A stretch of DNA of 64,000 bases from a bacterium. GTDB lineage: Bacteria; UBA8248. The stretch is from the NCBI GenBank assembly GCA_963692865.2, contig OY843592.1, positions 2,848,001 through 2,912,000 on the forward strand, in the 5' to 3' direction. Position 1 is the stretch's first letter. The number at the start of each line of letters is the position of its first letter. The notes under the pieces are model-generated. The model did not search any database, had not been told where the DNA came from, and was given only the letters and a program-made list of their open reading frames with translations. Shown here piece after piece: positions 30,629 to 40,643 of this stretch. Position numbers and translations under genes: made by a program.

Positions 30629-31402
30629 ATGATTATCGACACGGACCGTCTGGATGATTACGACATCATCGACTTGAGCCACCCCTGGGGGCATGGCGCT
30701 CCGCTTTGGCCCTACTTCCCGGATCTGAAGATCGAAAGGTTCCACTACCACGCCAAGAGTCAGGTACTGAGCCAGCAGATCACCACGTTCATGCACTGCA
30801 CCACCCACACCGACGCGCCCGCGCACGTCATCGAGGGGATGCCGTTCATGGACGAAGTGCCGCTCAGGAGCTATTTCGGCAACGCGGTTTGCGTGGACAT
30901 TCCCAAGGACGAATGGGAAGTGATTACGCCCGAAGACCTCGAAAACGCGAGACCGGAGATTCGCCCGGGCGACATCGTCATCGTTCACACCGGGTGGCAC
31001 CGTTACTACGGCGACAACACCAAATACTTCATCTATTCCCCCGGTCTCTACAAGGAGGCGGGCGAATGGTTCGTGGAGCGCGGGGTGAAGGGCGTGGGCG
31101 TGGACCAGCAGGCGCTCGACCACCCGCTGGGGACGAAAATCGCGTGGGGGCCACAGCCCATCTGTCCGTTCACTCTCGAGGAATACGAGCAACGCTTCGA
31201 CCGCCCCACGAGCGAGGCTTTCCCCGATTGGGAGCCTTGCCACCGCGCGCTTCTGGGAAACGGCATCGTCGGTTTCGAAAACGTGGGGGGAGACATCGAC
31301 AAGGTCGTGGGCAAACGATTCGCGCTGGCCGCATTTCCCTGGCGATGGACGGGCGGCGACGGCTGTATCGTAAGGATGGTCGCGTTTTTACCGAAAGACT
31401 AG
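30629..31402 (+). CDS. cyclase-family metal hydrolase (kynurenine formamidase-like)
   Basis: IIDLSH, HCTTHTDAPAH, GDIVIVHTGW, H..LL..G...FEN; ATG 30629. Confidence 0.88.
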   Translation: MIIDTDRLDDYDIIDLSHPWGHGAPLWPYFPDLKIERFHYHAKSQVLSQQITTFMHCTTHTDAPAHVIEGMPFMDEVPLRSYFGNAVCVDIPKDEWEVITPEDLENARPEIRPGDIVIVHTGWHRYYGDNTKYFIYSPGLYKEAGEWFVERGVKGVGVDQQALDHPLGTKIAWGPQPICPFTLEEYEQRFDRPTSEAFPDWEPCHRALLGNGIVGFENVGGDIDKVVGKRFALAAFPWRWTGGDGCIVRMVAFLPKD

Positions 31403-31731
31403 CCCGCGGCCACCGGTTCGGGTTTTTTCTTCTCGGTCTGCTTCGAGGTTGCGCCGTTTGCGGCCACCGTCTCTTTTTTCTCGGTGGATTTGCTCTCAGA
31501 TTTCGAATCGGAAACGGGGCTCTGGGAGTCCTTCTCCTTGCTCTTGCCGTTCGAGGCGTAATCGGTCACATACCAGCCGTCGCCTTTGAGGTGGAAGGCG
31601 GAGCGGGAGATTTTGCGTCTGAGTCTGAGCGCGCCGCAACTCGGGCACTTCCTGAGCGCGCCAGCCCCCATTCTCTGGATTGCTTCGTGCTCGTCTCCAC
31701 ATGCGCTGCATTCATACTCGTAAATCGGCAC
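31399..31731 (-). CDS. FmdB-family zinc-ribbon protein
   Basis: MPIYEYECSAC...CPSCG...FHLKGDGWYVTDY. Confidence 0.92.
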   Translation of the reverse strand: MPIYEYECSACGDEHEAIQRMGAGALRKCPSCGALRLRRKISRSAFHLKGDGWYVTDYASNGKSKEKDSQSPVSDSKSESKSTEKKETVAANGATSKQTEKKKPEPVAAG

Positions 31732-31750
31732 TTCTCGTTTCTCCTCGTCG

Positions 31751-32665
31751 TTAAATGAAGGTCAGCCACTCGAGCTTGCTCTCGTCGCGCCCGTTCACGA
31801 TCTCGAAAAATGCGGACTGGATTCTCTTCGTCACCGGGCCGGGCTCTCCCGCACCGATGGTTCTGCCGTCCACCTCCCGGATGGGAGTCACCTCGGCCGC
31901 CGTGCCCGTGAAGAATGCCTCATCCGCCACGTAGACTTCATCGCGTGCGAAGGGGGCGACCTGCAACTCCACGCCCTGCTCATCGGCGAGTTGAACGACT
32001 GTGTCGCGCGTAATCCCTCCCAGCACCCCATGCAGCGGCGGCGTCTTGAGCACGCCGTCTCTGACGATGAAGATGTTCTCGCCCGAACCCTGCGTCACCA
32101 GACCCTCCGGGTCCAGCATGAGCGCCTCATCAAAACCCGCGCCGACGGCTTCGAGTTTCGCCATCTGGCTCACGGCGTAGTTGCCCGTGGTCTTGGCCTT
32201 GGTCATGTAGCTGTTCGGGTGATGGGACGTGAAGGACGAGACCTTCACTCTGATGCCTTTGGCCAGGCCCTCTTCGCCCAGGTACGCCCCCCAACTCCAC
32301 ACGGCCACCATCGCATGGGTGGGCGACCCCTTGGGGTTCACCCCCATGGAGCCGTAACCGAGCCAGATGAGCGGGCGAATGTAGCATGCCTCCATCTCGT
32401 TGGCGCGAATCGTCTCCAACACCGCCTGGGTGAAGTCATCCTGGGAGACGGGCGCATCGAGCCCCACGATCTGCGCGGAATCATAGAGCCTCCGCATATG
32501 CTCTTCGAGGCGGAAGACGGCGGAGCCGCGCTCGGTCCGGTAGCAGCGAATCCCCTCGAATACCCCCAATCCGTAGTGCAGCGAATGCGTGAGGACATGA
32601 ATCCTGGCTTCATCCCAGGGGACGAACTTGCCGTCCATCCAAATTTTATCCGTTGCGCCTTCCAA
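31751..32665 (-). CDS. ilvE: branched-chain amino acid aminotransferase
   Basis: LHYGLGVFEG, AK..GNY, GENIF, L.GITR, GTAAEVTP; TTG start after GGAGGA. Confidence 0.95.
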   Translation of the reverse strand: MEGATDKIWMDGKFVPWDEARIHVLTHSLHYGLGVFEGIRCYRTERGSAVFRLEEHMRRLYDSAQIVGLDAPVSQDDFTQAVLETIRANEMEACYIRPLIWLGYGSMGVNPKGSPTHAMVAVWSWGAYLGEEGLAKGIRVKVSSFTSHHPNSYMTKAKTTGNYAVSQMAKLEAVGAGFDEALMLDPEGLVTQGSGENIFIVRDGVLKTPPLHGVLGGITRDTVVQLADEQGVELQVAPFARDEVYVADEAFFTGTAAEVTPIREVDGRTIGAGEPGPVTKRIQSAFFEIVNGRDESKLEWLTFI

Positions 32666-32793
32666 AAAAACATCCTCCAGTTCTGCGGGATTGTGGAGTA
32701 CGGAGTTTCGGACAACCGCGCAAGTATAGTGATTCGAGACGGATGGGCGCAAGCCTCCGAGGCAAATAAATCATGCGCAATTCCCGGTCGAAA

Positions 32794-33777
32794 TCAGTCT
32801 TCGTACACCTCGGGATTGAGCAGCGTCTTGGGATTCACCCGTTCTCCCCTCATCGCGGCCAGCACGTTATCGCCCGCCAGCCGATTCACGCGCTCGCGCG
32901 CCTGGTGGCTTGCTCCTGCGAAGTGCGGCGTAACCACGGCGTTCGGAAGCCCGAAGAGGGGGTTTTCGGCGTCCGGGGGTTCTTCCTCGAAGACGTCGAT
33001 GCCGGCCGAGGCGATTTCCCCTTCCCTGAGCGCGTGGACCAGCGCCGCCTCGTCGATAATCGCCCCGCGCGCGCAGTTCACGAGCACGGCCGATTTTTTC
33101 ATCAATCGAAACCTGCGGGCATCGAACATGTGCCGCGTCTCGGGCGTGAGGCTGCAATGAATCGATATGAAATCGGATTCGCTCGTCAAGCCGTCCAAAT
33201 CCACCGGCTCCGCACCCGCCTCGCGTATCGCCTCATCGCTCACGAAAGCGTCATACGCCAGGATGCGGCCCTGAAAGCCCGAGAGCAGCCGGGCCAGCTC
33301 CCTCCCGATGTTCCCGAAGCCGACGATGCCGAACGTCGCCCCGCTCATCTCGTTGGCGATCCAGATGCCTTCGCGCCAACCTCCCTTGCGCAGTTTCTCC
33401 ATCCCCTGGGGAATCCGGCGGCTCGCGGCCAGCATTAGCCCGAGAGACGCTTCCGCCACGGCGACGGCGTTCGCGCCCGGGCAGTTCGTCACCGGAATTT
33501 TTCGTTTCGTCGCCGCGGGAATGTCTATGTTCTCCACACCCACGCCTATCTTGGCGATGAGTTTCAGGCGCGTCGCGGCCTTTATCACCCGCTCCGTGAT
33601 CTGTTCTCTCGAGGTCACCAACAAGGCGTCCCATTCATGGGCGTCGCGCACCAACTCGTCTTCGGTCCACTTTCTGTTGCCGCCGTCGCGAAACTCGCCA
33701 TGCGGCTTCAGCATGTTTCGCAGCGATTCGATGGGCGCGCGCGCCTCGGGCACGAAAAAAACGACGTTCCGGTTCAA
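32794..33777 (-). CDS. D-isomer-specific 2-hydroxyacid dehydrogenase (SerA-like catalytic domain)
   Basis: GFGNIG, NCARG, DVFEEEP, TPH.AG. Confidence 0.9.
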   Translation of the reverse strand: MNRNVVFFVPEARAPIESLRNMLKPHGEFRDGGNRKWTEDELVRDAHEWDALLVTSREQITERVIKAATRLKLIAKIGVGVENIDIPAATKRKIPVTNCPGANAVAVAEASLGLMLAASRRIPQGMEKLRKGGWREGIWIANEMSGATFGIVGFGNIGRELARLLSGFQGRILAYDAFVSDEAIREAGAEPVDLDGLTSESDFISIHCSLTPETRHMFDARRFRLMKKSAVLVNCARGAIIDEAALVHALREGEIASAGIDVFEEEPPDAENPLFGLPNAVVTPHFAGASHQARERVNRLAGDNVLAAMRGERVNPKTLLNPEVYED

Positions 33778-33813
33778 AAAACACCCTCCACTCAGACACC
33801 GCGCGCCAACCGG

Positions 33814-34611
33814 CTAGGTGCCGACAATCAACGTGGACGTTCGATCCCTAAGGAAGGAAAAAGTCGAGAGATACGTCAATATGCCCGTCCGATGATTCTC
33901 GGACGGTACATTCTCAATCCGAATGAAAGAGCGCCCGAATTCCCCCACCGCTTCGACCTCGTGGATGTTCCGGTCGACCGTGGGGTCGCACATGACCCGC
34001 AACTTCGTCCTAAGCGGACCGATGCCTGCGAAACTCACGGCGGCGGACACGTTCACGTTCGCCGGAAACGCTTTGCACGCCTCCAGGGGATTCCCCTCGA
34101 AAATCACCGTCGGCTCATCGATGGCGTCGAGATCGATTCCCTGCGCCTCGATATAGGGGGCTCCTTTGAGGCTCTCGGGCGGCTTTCGGGTCGTCATGGT
34201 GACGGATTCCATGCTGCCTACCGAGGCTCCTTTGAGACCGTCCAATCCGATGATGGCGCCCGACGGAACGAATATGCGGGAACCTCTCCGCTTCGCCTCT
34301 TCGATCAAATCATCCCGATCGAGAAGCGCACCCACGGAGTTGATGATCACGTCTTTCCCCCGCGTGAAACTCTCATGGCAAACCGCCTCCACTGTGTTTC
34401 CGCCCGAGGCTTCCATTATGACGTCCGCCGCCTGCGCCACGCCCGCCAGATCCGTCATGCGCGGCGGATTCTCGAGACCCGCCAGAAAATCTTCCACTTT
34501 TTCGAGTGTCCGCGTCGAGGCGACCGGTATTTCGATGGGCACTCTTCCCTCATCCGCCGCCTTCACCACGGCCTTGCCTATGACGCCCAAGCCCACAACG
34601 CCCAGTTTCAT
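33814..34611 (-). CDS. nadX: L-aspartate dehydrogenase
   Basis: SVGAL, SGAIIGLD, TTRKPP, FPANVNV, NIHE, N.PSEN..T. Confidence 0.88.
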   Translation of the reverse strand: MKLGVVGLGVIGKAVVKAADEGRVPIEIPVASTRTLEKVEDFLAGLENPPRMTDLAGVAQAADVIMEASGGNTVEAVCHESFTRGKDVIINSVGALLDRDDLIEEAKRRGSRIFVPSGAIIGLDGLKGASVGSMESVTMTTRKPPESLKGAPYIEAQGIDLDAIDEPTVIFEGNPLEACKAFPANVNVSAAVSFAGIGPLRTKLRVMCDPTVDRNIHEVEAVGEFGRSFIRIENVPSENHRTGILTYLSTFSFLRDRTSTLIVGT

Positions 34612-34695
34612 AGCGCTCTCCGCGAAATAAAAGATTTCATTTCAATGACTTAAATGAATATACTTCGTCCAAAAAAATCAATTCGCTCAAGCAGG

Positions 34696-35769
34696 CTATT
34701 CAACGCGGCTTCCCAGACCGAGACGCCAGTGATCCGCCAATACGAGCGCCATCATCGCCTCGCCTATGGGCACCGCCCGCGTCGCCACGCACGGGTCGTG
34801 CCGCCCCTCCACCCTCACGGTCGTTTTCTCTCCAGTCGTCGTCACCGTGTCCTGCTCGATTAGAATGGAGGAAGTCGGCTTCACGACGAACCGAACCACC
34901 ACGGGCGCGCCCGTGGATATGCCGCCCAAAATTCCACCCGCGTTGTTCGTCCTCACTATCGTATCGCCGTTTTTCATCTCGAACGGATCGTTGTTCTCCG
35001 AACCCCGCATGCCTGCGGCCCGAAAACCGGAGCCGATTTCGACCCCCTTCACCGCGTTGATGCTCATCATCGCCGCCGCAAGGTCGGCGTCGAGACGCCC
35101 GTAAAGCGGCTCTCCCCAGCCGGCGGGAACGCCGTCGGCCCGGACCGTAATGGCCCCGCCCACGGAATCACCCGCCTTTCTCGCCTCCAGAATGGCCGCT
35201 TCCATCCGGGACGCCGTTTCCGCGTCCGGGCAGCGCACGATGTTTCGCTCTATCTCATCCGCGTCGAAATGCGCGCCGTCCCAACGAACCTCCGCCACCT
35301 GATCGACGTAACCCACAATCGATACGCCGAGGCGGGAGAGGAGTTTCTTGGCTATCGCTCCCGCCGCGACGCGAGCGGCCGTCTCCCGCGCGCTGGAGCG
35401 TCCTCCTCCCCGGTGATCCCGAATCCCCCATTTTCGGATATATGTAAAATCCGCATGCCCCGGGCGAAACAGGTGGCGCAGGGGTTCATATTTACTCGAA
35501 TCGGCGTCCTTGTTTCGGATGAGCACCGAGATGGGATGCCCGGTAGTCAAACCTTCGAAGACGCCGGATAAAATCTCGGCGCGGTCCTCTTCATTCCGCT
35601 GGGTCGTCACACGGCTCTGGCCCGGCCGCCTGCGGTCCAAATCCCGCTGCAAATCAGATTCACTGAGCGGCAGGCCCGCCGGGCACCCGTCCACCACGAC
35701 GCCCAGGGCGGGGCCGTGGGACTCACCCCAGGTAGTAAAGCGAAACAAACGGCCAAAAGTGTTCGACAC
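34696..35769 (-). CDS. aroC: chorismate synthase
   Basis: GESHG, RPGHAD, RSSARET, GRHDPC. Confidence 0.97.
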   Translation of the reverse strand: MSNTFGRLFRFTTWGESHGPALGVVVDGCPAGLPLSESDLQRDLDRRRPGQSRVTTQRNEEDRAEILSGVFEGLTTGHPISVLIRNKDADSSKYEPLRHLFRPGHADFTYIRKWGIRDHRGGGRSSARETAARVAAGAIAKKLLSRLGVSIVGYVDQVAEVRWDGAHFDADEIERNIVRCPDAETASRMEAAILEARKAGDSVGGAITVRADGVPAGWGEPLYGRLDADLAAAMMSINAVKGVEIGSGFRAAGMRGSENNDPFEMKNGDTIVRTNNAGGILGGISTGAPVVVRFVVKPTSSILIEQDTVTTTGEKTTVRVEGRHDPCVATRAVPIGEAMMALVLADHWRLGLGSRVE

Positions 35770-35780
35770 AATCTTCCTCT

Positions 35781-36320
35781 CTAACTTTCGGGCTGCGACA
35801 GCACCGCGCGTATTTCCGGGAGAACCGCCGCGACGACCTCTTGGGGCGCGCGCGTGTTCTCCACGATCAGGCTTGCGAGTTCTTCATAGCGCGGAACGCG
35901 CTTTTTGAAAAGCAGACGAAGCGCCCCTTCAGGATTCTCTTCGTTTTCGAGATAGGCCGGCCAGCCATCGGCCCGCACCCGCTCGGTGATTTCATCCTCG
36001 CCCACCTGGAGATACACCACGCAATGGGACGCAAGCAGAGAATCGACGCCCGGCGTCATCGGAGTGCCGCCGCCGAGCGCCAGAACGAGGTTTTTTCGCC
36101 CCAATTGCTCGCGCAGCAAGTCATTTTCCAGCGCTCGGAAGGATTCTTCGCCTCTCGTTCTGAAAACTTCGCGAAATCTGAGTCGTTCTCCCGTTTCCTC
36201 GAAATGTCTTTGCTCGATCAAGTGGTCGAGATCGAGAAAGGAGAACCCCATTTTCTCGGCGAGCAGAGGCCCGATTGTCGATTTTCCGCATCCCTTGAAA
36301 CCGATGAGCGCGACGCTCAA
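35781..36320 (-). CDS. aroK: shikimate kinase
   Basis: [23 protein letters not shown]...Y. Confidence 0.85.
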   Translation of the reverse strand: MSVALIGFKGCGKSTIGPLLAEKMGFSFLDLDHLIEQRHFEETGERLRFREVFRTRGEESFRALENDLLREQLGRKNLVLALGGGTPMTPGVDSLLASHCVVYLQVGEDEITERVRADGWPAYLENEENPEGALRLLFKKRVPRYEELASLIVENTRAPQEVVAAVLPEIRAVLSQPES

Positions 36321-37306
36321 GAGAAACCCTCCATACGAGACTCAAACTCCAGATACCGGGACACCATATCATGGGCCTTTCCCAATAAAACTCCGAAATC
36401 CTCGTCCAAGGGTTCAAACCAGTTCACGCCCTCCAGCTTTTGAAACCAGGTGCGCTGTCTTTTGGCGTAGTTGCGATGCAGTCTGGATATTTCCTGAACC
36501 GCCTCATCCTCGGCCAACTGTCCATTCCGCAGCGCAAGGGCTTCCCGGAATCCGAGACCCTCGAAAATCCGGGCGTCGGTGAGATTCATCTCGGACAGCA
36601 TCGCCACCTCTTCCAGCATTCCGCCCGAGAGCATCCGCCGCACCCTGCGCTCGATCCGCCCGGCGAGGACGGACGCCGGGTATCTGAGACCGATATACAA
36701 CGGAGACGAGAACCTGGGCGCGTTCTGATCGGCGCGCAATCGTGAAACCGGCCGCCCCGTCGCCTCATACACCTCCAGGGCGCGAACCACCCTTCGTAAG
36801 TCGTTGGGGTGGAGCTTTGCGGCCGTTTCGGGGTCGACGGCGGCGAGGCGCTCGTGCATGGCCGCATGCCCGCACCTTGAGGCCTCCGCCTCCAATCGCT
36901 CCCTGATTTCCGGCTGCGCTTCGGGCCCCTCAAAAAATCCTTCCACCAAAGCGCGTATATACAAACCGCTCCCTCCCACCACGAGCGGACATGCGCCCCT
37001 GCGGTAAATACCCTCAATGCAAAGAATCGCCTCATCCGCATAGCGCGCCGCGCTATACGTCTCCCCGAGTTCCGCAACATCCATCATATGATGCGGAACG
37101 CCGCCGCGCTCACTCAAGCCGGGCTTGGCGGTGCCCACGCCGATGCCCCGATAAATCTGTCTGGCGTCGGCGCCGACTATTTCGAGAGACACTCCCACTT
37201 CCTGGAAGCGTCTGGCCAGCGCCACGCCGAAATCCGTTTTTCCCGAACACGTGGTTCCCACAACGAGAATGATGGGGCATGGGTTTTTCGATTGCCCACG
37301 ACTCAT
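36317..37306 (-). CDS. miaA: tRNA dimethylallyltransferase
   Basis: G.T.SGKT, D.RQIY, GTAKP, VGGSGLY, YAKRQRTW. Confidence 0.95.
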   Translation of the reverse strand: MSRGQSKNPCPIILVVGTTCSGKTDFGVALARRFQEVGVSLEIVGADARQIYRGIGVGTAKPGLSERGGVPHHMMDVAELGETYSAARYADEAILCIEGIYRRGACPLVVGGSGLYIRALVEGFFEGPEAQPEIRERLEAEASRCGHAAMHERLAAVDPETAAKLHPNDLRRVVRALEVYEATGRPVSRLRADQNAPRFSSPLYIGLRYPASVLAGRIERRVRRMLSGGMLEEVAMLSEMNLTDARIFEGLGFREALALRNGQLAEDEAVQEISRLHRNYAKRQRTWFQKLEGVNWFEPLDEDFGVLLGKAHDMVSRYLEFESRMEGFS

Positions 37307-37422
37307 GGGCTTGGAGCTTCAGGCAGGGGGGAGTCGCTTCCCCAAGAGATGAAAACGCCTCGGAAGCGTTTCGATTCCAGGCTGGGCATGAGAGCGAGCA
37401 CAGGGGGCGCCTCGCCTGAAAG

Positions 37423-37950
37423 TCAAAGCGCTTCGAGCGCGTCCCGAAACGCGGCCAGATCCGCATCCGAGAACAGTACGAACTCTATGCGGGTAAGCAC
37501 GCCCGACGGCGTTTGCAAGTGCGCCGTGCAGACCTCGAGCATGCGGGAGGCGACCACATTTACGTCCAGCCCCCCGACGCCGGTCCCGATGGCGGGAAAC
37601 GCGATGCTGCCCAGCGAATTCTCCTCGGCCACCTCGAGGCTCGCGCGCGTGCAGGCTTCCACGATTTCAGGCGATGTCCGCAGGTCGGTCCCCATTCCCG
37701 CCGCATGGATCACGTGCCGGGCGGGGAGTTCGCCGCCACCCGTGATTACGGCGTCTCCGACCCGAATCGGCCCCTTGGATACGGCCTCGGCTTCTATCTC
37801 CTCCCCGCCTTTTCTCTTGATGGCGCCCGCCACGCCCGCGCCCATCCAGAGACGGTTGTTGGCCGCGTTCACTATGGCGTCCACGCCGGACTCGGTGATA
37901 TCACCCTGCCGGAGAACCACGCACCCACGACCGACGCGCTTTTCATTCAT
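37423..37950 (-). CDS. macro-domain protein
   Basis: GDIT, AIVNAAN, GAGVAGAI, VIHA, FPAIGTGVGG. Confidence 0.93.
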   Translation of the reverse strand: MNEKRVGRGCVVLRQGDITESGVDAIVNAANNRLWMGAGVAGAIKRKGGEEIEAEAVSKGPIRVGDAVITGGGELPARHVIHAAGMGTDLRTSPEIVEACTRASLEVAEENSLGSIAFPAIGTGVGGLDVNVVASRMLEVCTAHLQTPSGVLTRIEFVLFSDADLAAFRDALEAL

Positions 37951-38011
37951 GAGGAAAAGTTCCGATTGGGCGGGAGCGCCCCGGAGGACACTTTATTTGA
38001 AAACCGTTTTA

Positions 38012-38416
38012 TCAGAAGAGAGAATCATCCTTCGACGACTCCCCATTCGCATCTGAATCGGCCGACGCGGAAGCGCCTTGTCCCGAAGGCTCAGGCGATC
38101 CTCCATCATCTCCGAAAGGAGCCGGCCCGTCGTGATCGACCATCTGCCTCAATTCTTTCCCGGCCTTGAAGAACGGCACATTCTTGGGCGGAATCGCCAC
38201 CGCCTCGCCCGTTCTCGGGTTTCGGCCGTCGCGGCTGTTTCTCGAACGAACGCGGAAACTCCCGAATCCACGCAACTCCACCTTGTCGCCTTCCGACAAG
38301 GCGCCCATGATGCTCCCGAAAACGATATTCACGACGCGCTCGGTGTCTTTTTTCGTGAGATTGATTTTCTCAGCTATCAGCTCAACCAACTCGGCCTTGG
38401 TCATGAGAATCATCAT
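38012..38416 (-). CDS. ihfB: integration host factor beta / HU-family, with acidic tail
   Basis: MTKAEL, VELRGFGSF, GRNPRTG, PFFKAGKEL; follows rpsA. Confidence 0.88.
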   Translation of the reverse strand: MMILMTKAELVELIAEKINLTKKDTERVVNIVFGSIMGALSEGDKVELRGFGSFRVRSRNSRDGRNPRTGEAVAIPPKNVPFFKAGKELRQMVDHDGPAPFGDDGGSPEPSGQGASASADSDANGESSKDDSLF

Positions 38417-38654
38417 CCTCCCTGGGAGCGCGCAGTGGGTGCACTCTTATTTCGGAGAACGCACGCTTCGGTGTTTGGGATTCGGCTTTCATCGGGCGTA
38501 ATCACCGAATCAAACGAGGCGATCCACCCGCGCCACATCGCACGTACTGTGAATCGACCGAATGCCGAAAACGACGAACCTCCTCAGGCGACGAGGCGTT
38601 TCGCAATCCTGCGTTCCACACAATTCATCGGACGGCTTCACGCCATCCGCTCGA

Positions 38655-40508
38655 TTATTCCGCTTTCTCTTCCTCGTCCGTTTCTTGCGCAACCTCCGCA
38701 ACGGTTTCCACCTGGGACGACACCTCCGCAACGACTTCCGCCTCGTGTTCGTCCTCTACCTCCACTTCCTCTACTTCTTCGACGGAGGTCGCGCTTTCCT
38801 CTTCAGCCGGCTCTGCGGGCTGGGGCGCCCGGCTGATGACCGGGTCCTCACCGGTGGATTCCACATAGGCGCGGATGCTCAGCCCCAGTCTTCTCTGCTC
38901 CCTGTCGATCTTGATGACGCGCATTTTGAACACGTCGCCCACGTGCACCACGTCTTGCGGTTCTTTCACTTTGTCCGAATCGAGTTCGGAGATGTGCACC
39001 AGCCCCTCCAGGTCTTCCTCCGGAGAAGCGAATACGCCGAAGTTCGTTATCTTCGTGATTTTCGCCTCGATATCGTCATCCACCGCATAGCGGTCGTTGA
39101 TGTCGTCCCAAGGATCCGGGGTGATTTGCTTCATGCCGAGAGAGAGGCGTTCCTTCTCGACGTCCACGCTCAGCACGACCGCTTCGACCTCCTGGCCCTT
39201 GCGCAGGATCTCGGAGGGGTGTTTGAAGCGCTGGGTCCAGGAAATGTCCGAAATGTGGATGAGGCCGTCGATGCCTTCGTCCAGGGCGACGAAGGCGCCG
39301 AATTCCGTCAAATTCCGGATGCTGCCCGTCACGCGCATTCCCACGGGGTACTTCTCCTCCACCGTGGTCCACGGGTTCGCCTCCACCTGCTTCATGCCCA
39401 GGGAGATGCGGCGGCCCTCCTTGTCGAGGTTCAAAACGACGGCTTCCACCACGTCTCCCACCGCGACGAATTTCGAGGGATGGCGAACGCGCCTCGTCCA
39501 GGACATCTCCGACACATGCACCAAGCCTTCGACGCCCTGTTCGAGTTCGACGAAAGCGCCGTAATCGGTGATGGAGACGACGCGTCCACGGACCTTGCCG
39601 GTCATGGGGTATTTGATTTCCACGTGCTCCCAGGGGTCCGGCGTGATCTGCTTGTGGCCCAGGGAGACGCGCTCGCGCTCCATGTCGTATTTGAGCACGA
39701 TGACCTTGACACTGTCCCCGATGGAGAGAAGCTCGCTCGGGTGACCCACCCGCCCCCAGGACATGTCCGTGATGTGAAGCAGGCCGTCGATTCCGCCCAG
39801 GTCGATGAAGGCCCCGTAGTCGGTGATGTTCTTGACGACGCCGACCTTCTCCATGCCTTCGGTGAGATTGGCGAGCGTCTCGCGCTTGAGTTCCGCTCTT
39901 TCATCTTCCAGCAACACGCGCCTGGAGAGAACGATGTTCCCCCGCTTTCTGTTGAGCTTGATGATCTTCATGTCGAAGGATTTGCCGATGAACTGATCAA
40001 GGTTCCTCACCGGCCTGAGATCGACCTGGGAACCAGGCAAGAAGGCCTTGAGGCCGATGTCGACCGTAAGCCCGCCCTTGATGCGCGCGACCACCTCGCC
40101 CTGGATGATCTCGTCGTTGTCATGGGCCTTGCTGATCTCGTCCCATATCTTGATGCGGTTGGCTTTCTCCTTCGACAGCACGATGAGGCCGTCGTCGTCC
40201 TCACGCTCTTCGACGAAAACCTCCACCCTGTCGCCAGGGTTGAGATCCCGCCCGCGGCTCGGGAACTCGAAGCGGGGCACCAGGCCCTCTGATTTATAAC
40301 CTACATCCACCAGCACGTATTCGCCTTCTATCCCTACAACCGTTCCTTCGATGATTTCGCCGTCCTTCACCTGCATCGTGGAGGCGTAGAGGTCATCCAT
40401 TTGTTCGGCAGAAAGGGTGTCGGGGTCTACCTCGTCCGGGAGTAATTCGGCCACCTTCGCCGAGAAGTCGGGAGACGTCTCGGTTTCGTTAGGGGAAGTT
40501 TCACTCAT
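38655..40508 (-). CDS. rpsA: 30S ribosomal protein S1
   Basis: six S1 repeats (DGLLHITDMSW, EGLVHVSEMSW), acidic tail. Confidence 0.97.
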   Translation of the reverse strand: MSETSPNETETSPDFSAKVAELLPDEVDPDTLSAEQMDDLYASTMQVKDGEIIEGTVVGIEGEYVLVDVGYKSEGLVPRFEFPSRGRDLNPGDRVEVFVEEREDDDGLIVLSKEKANRIKIWDEISKAHDNDEIIQGEVVARIKGGLTVDIGLKAFLPGSQVDLRPVRNLDQFIGKSFDMKIIKLNRKRGNIVLSRRVLLEDERAELKRETLANLTEGMEKVGVVKNITDYGAFIDLGGIDGLLHITDMSWGRVGHPSELLSIGDSVKVIVLKYDMERERVSLGHKQITPDPWEHVEIKYPMTGKVRGRVVSITDYGAFVELEQGVEGLVHVSEMSWTRRVRHPSKFVAVGDVVEAVVLNLDKEGRRISLGMKQVEANPWTTVEEKYPVGMRVTGSIRNLTEFGAFVALDEGIDGLIHISDISWTQRFKHPSEILRKGQEVEAVVLSVDVEKERLSLGMKQITPDPWDDINDRYAVDDDIEAKITKITNFGVFASPEEDLEGLVHISELDSDKVKEPQDVVHVGDVFKMRVIKIDREQRRLGLSIRAYVESTGEDPVISRAPQPAEPAEEESATSVEEVEEVEVEDEHEAEVVAEVSSQVETVAEVAQETDEEEKAE

Positions 40509-40606
40509 CTGTTTGCGTTACCTCGTTCTGGGAAAAAGAAATTGCCGCCACCGCTCAAGCACCCGTCGCTATAGCGGTCATCGGCATGAAATTGTCGGAA
40601 AAATTC

Positions 40607-40635
40607 ATATTACACGCGAGAAAGACGAGAATCAA
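40607..40635 (-). promoter_or_regulatory. putative rpsA promoter
   Basis: minus strand TTGATT-17 bp-TAATAT, followed by hairpin-rich leader. Confidence 0.5.
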
Positions 40636-40643
40636 CCAGTAAC

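Noticed and set aside
38562-40292. 576-aa + strand ORF
   Set aside because: Antisense shadow of rpsA caused by GC-rich codon bias; no motifs
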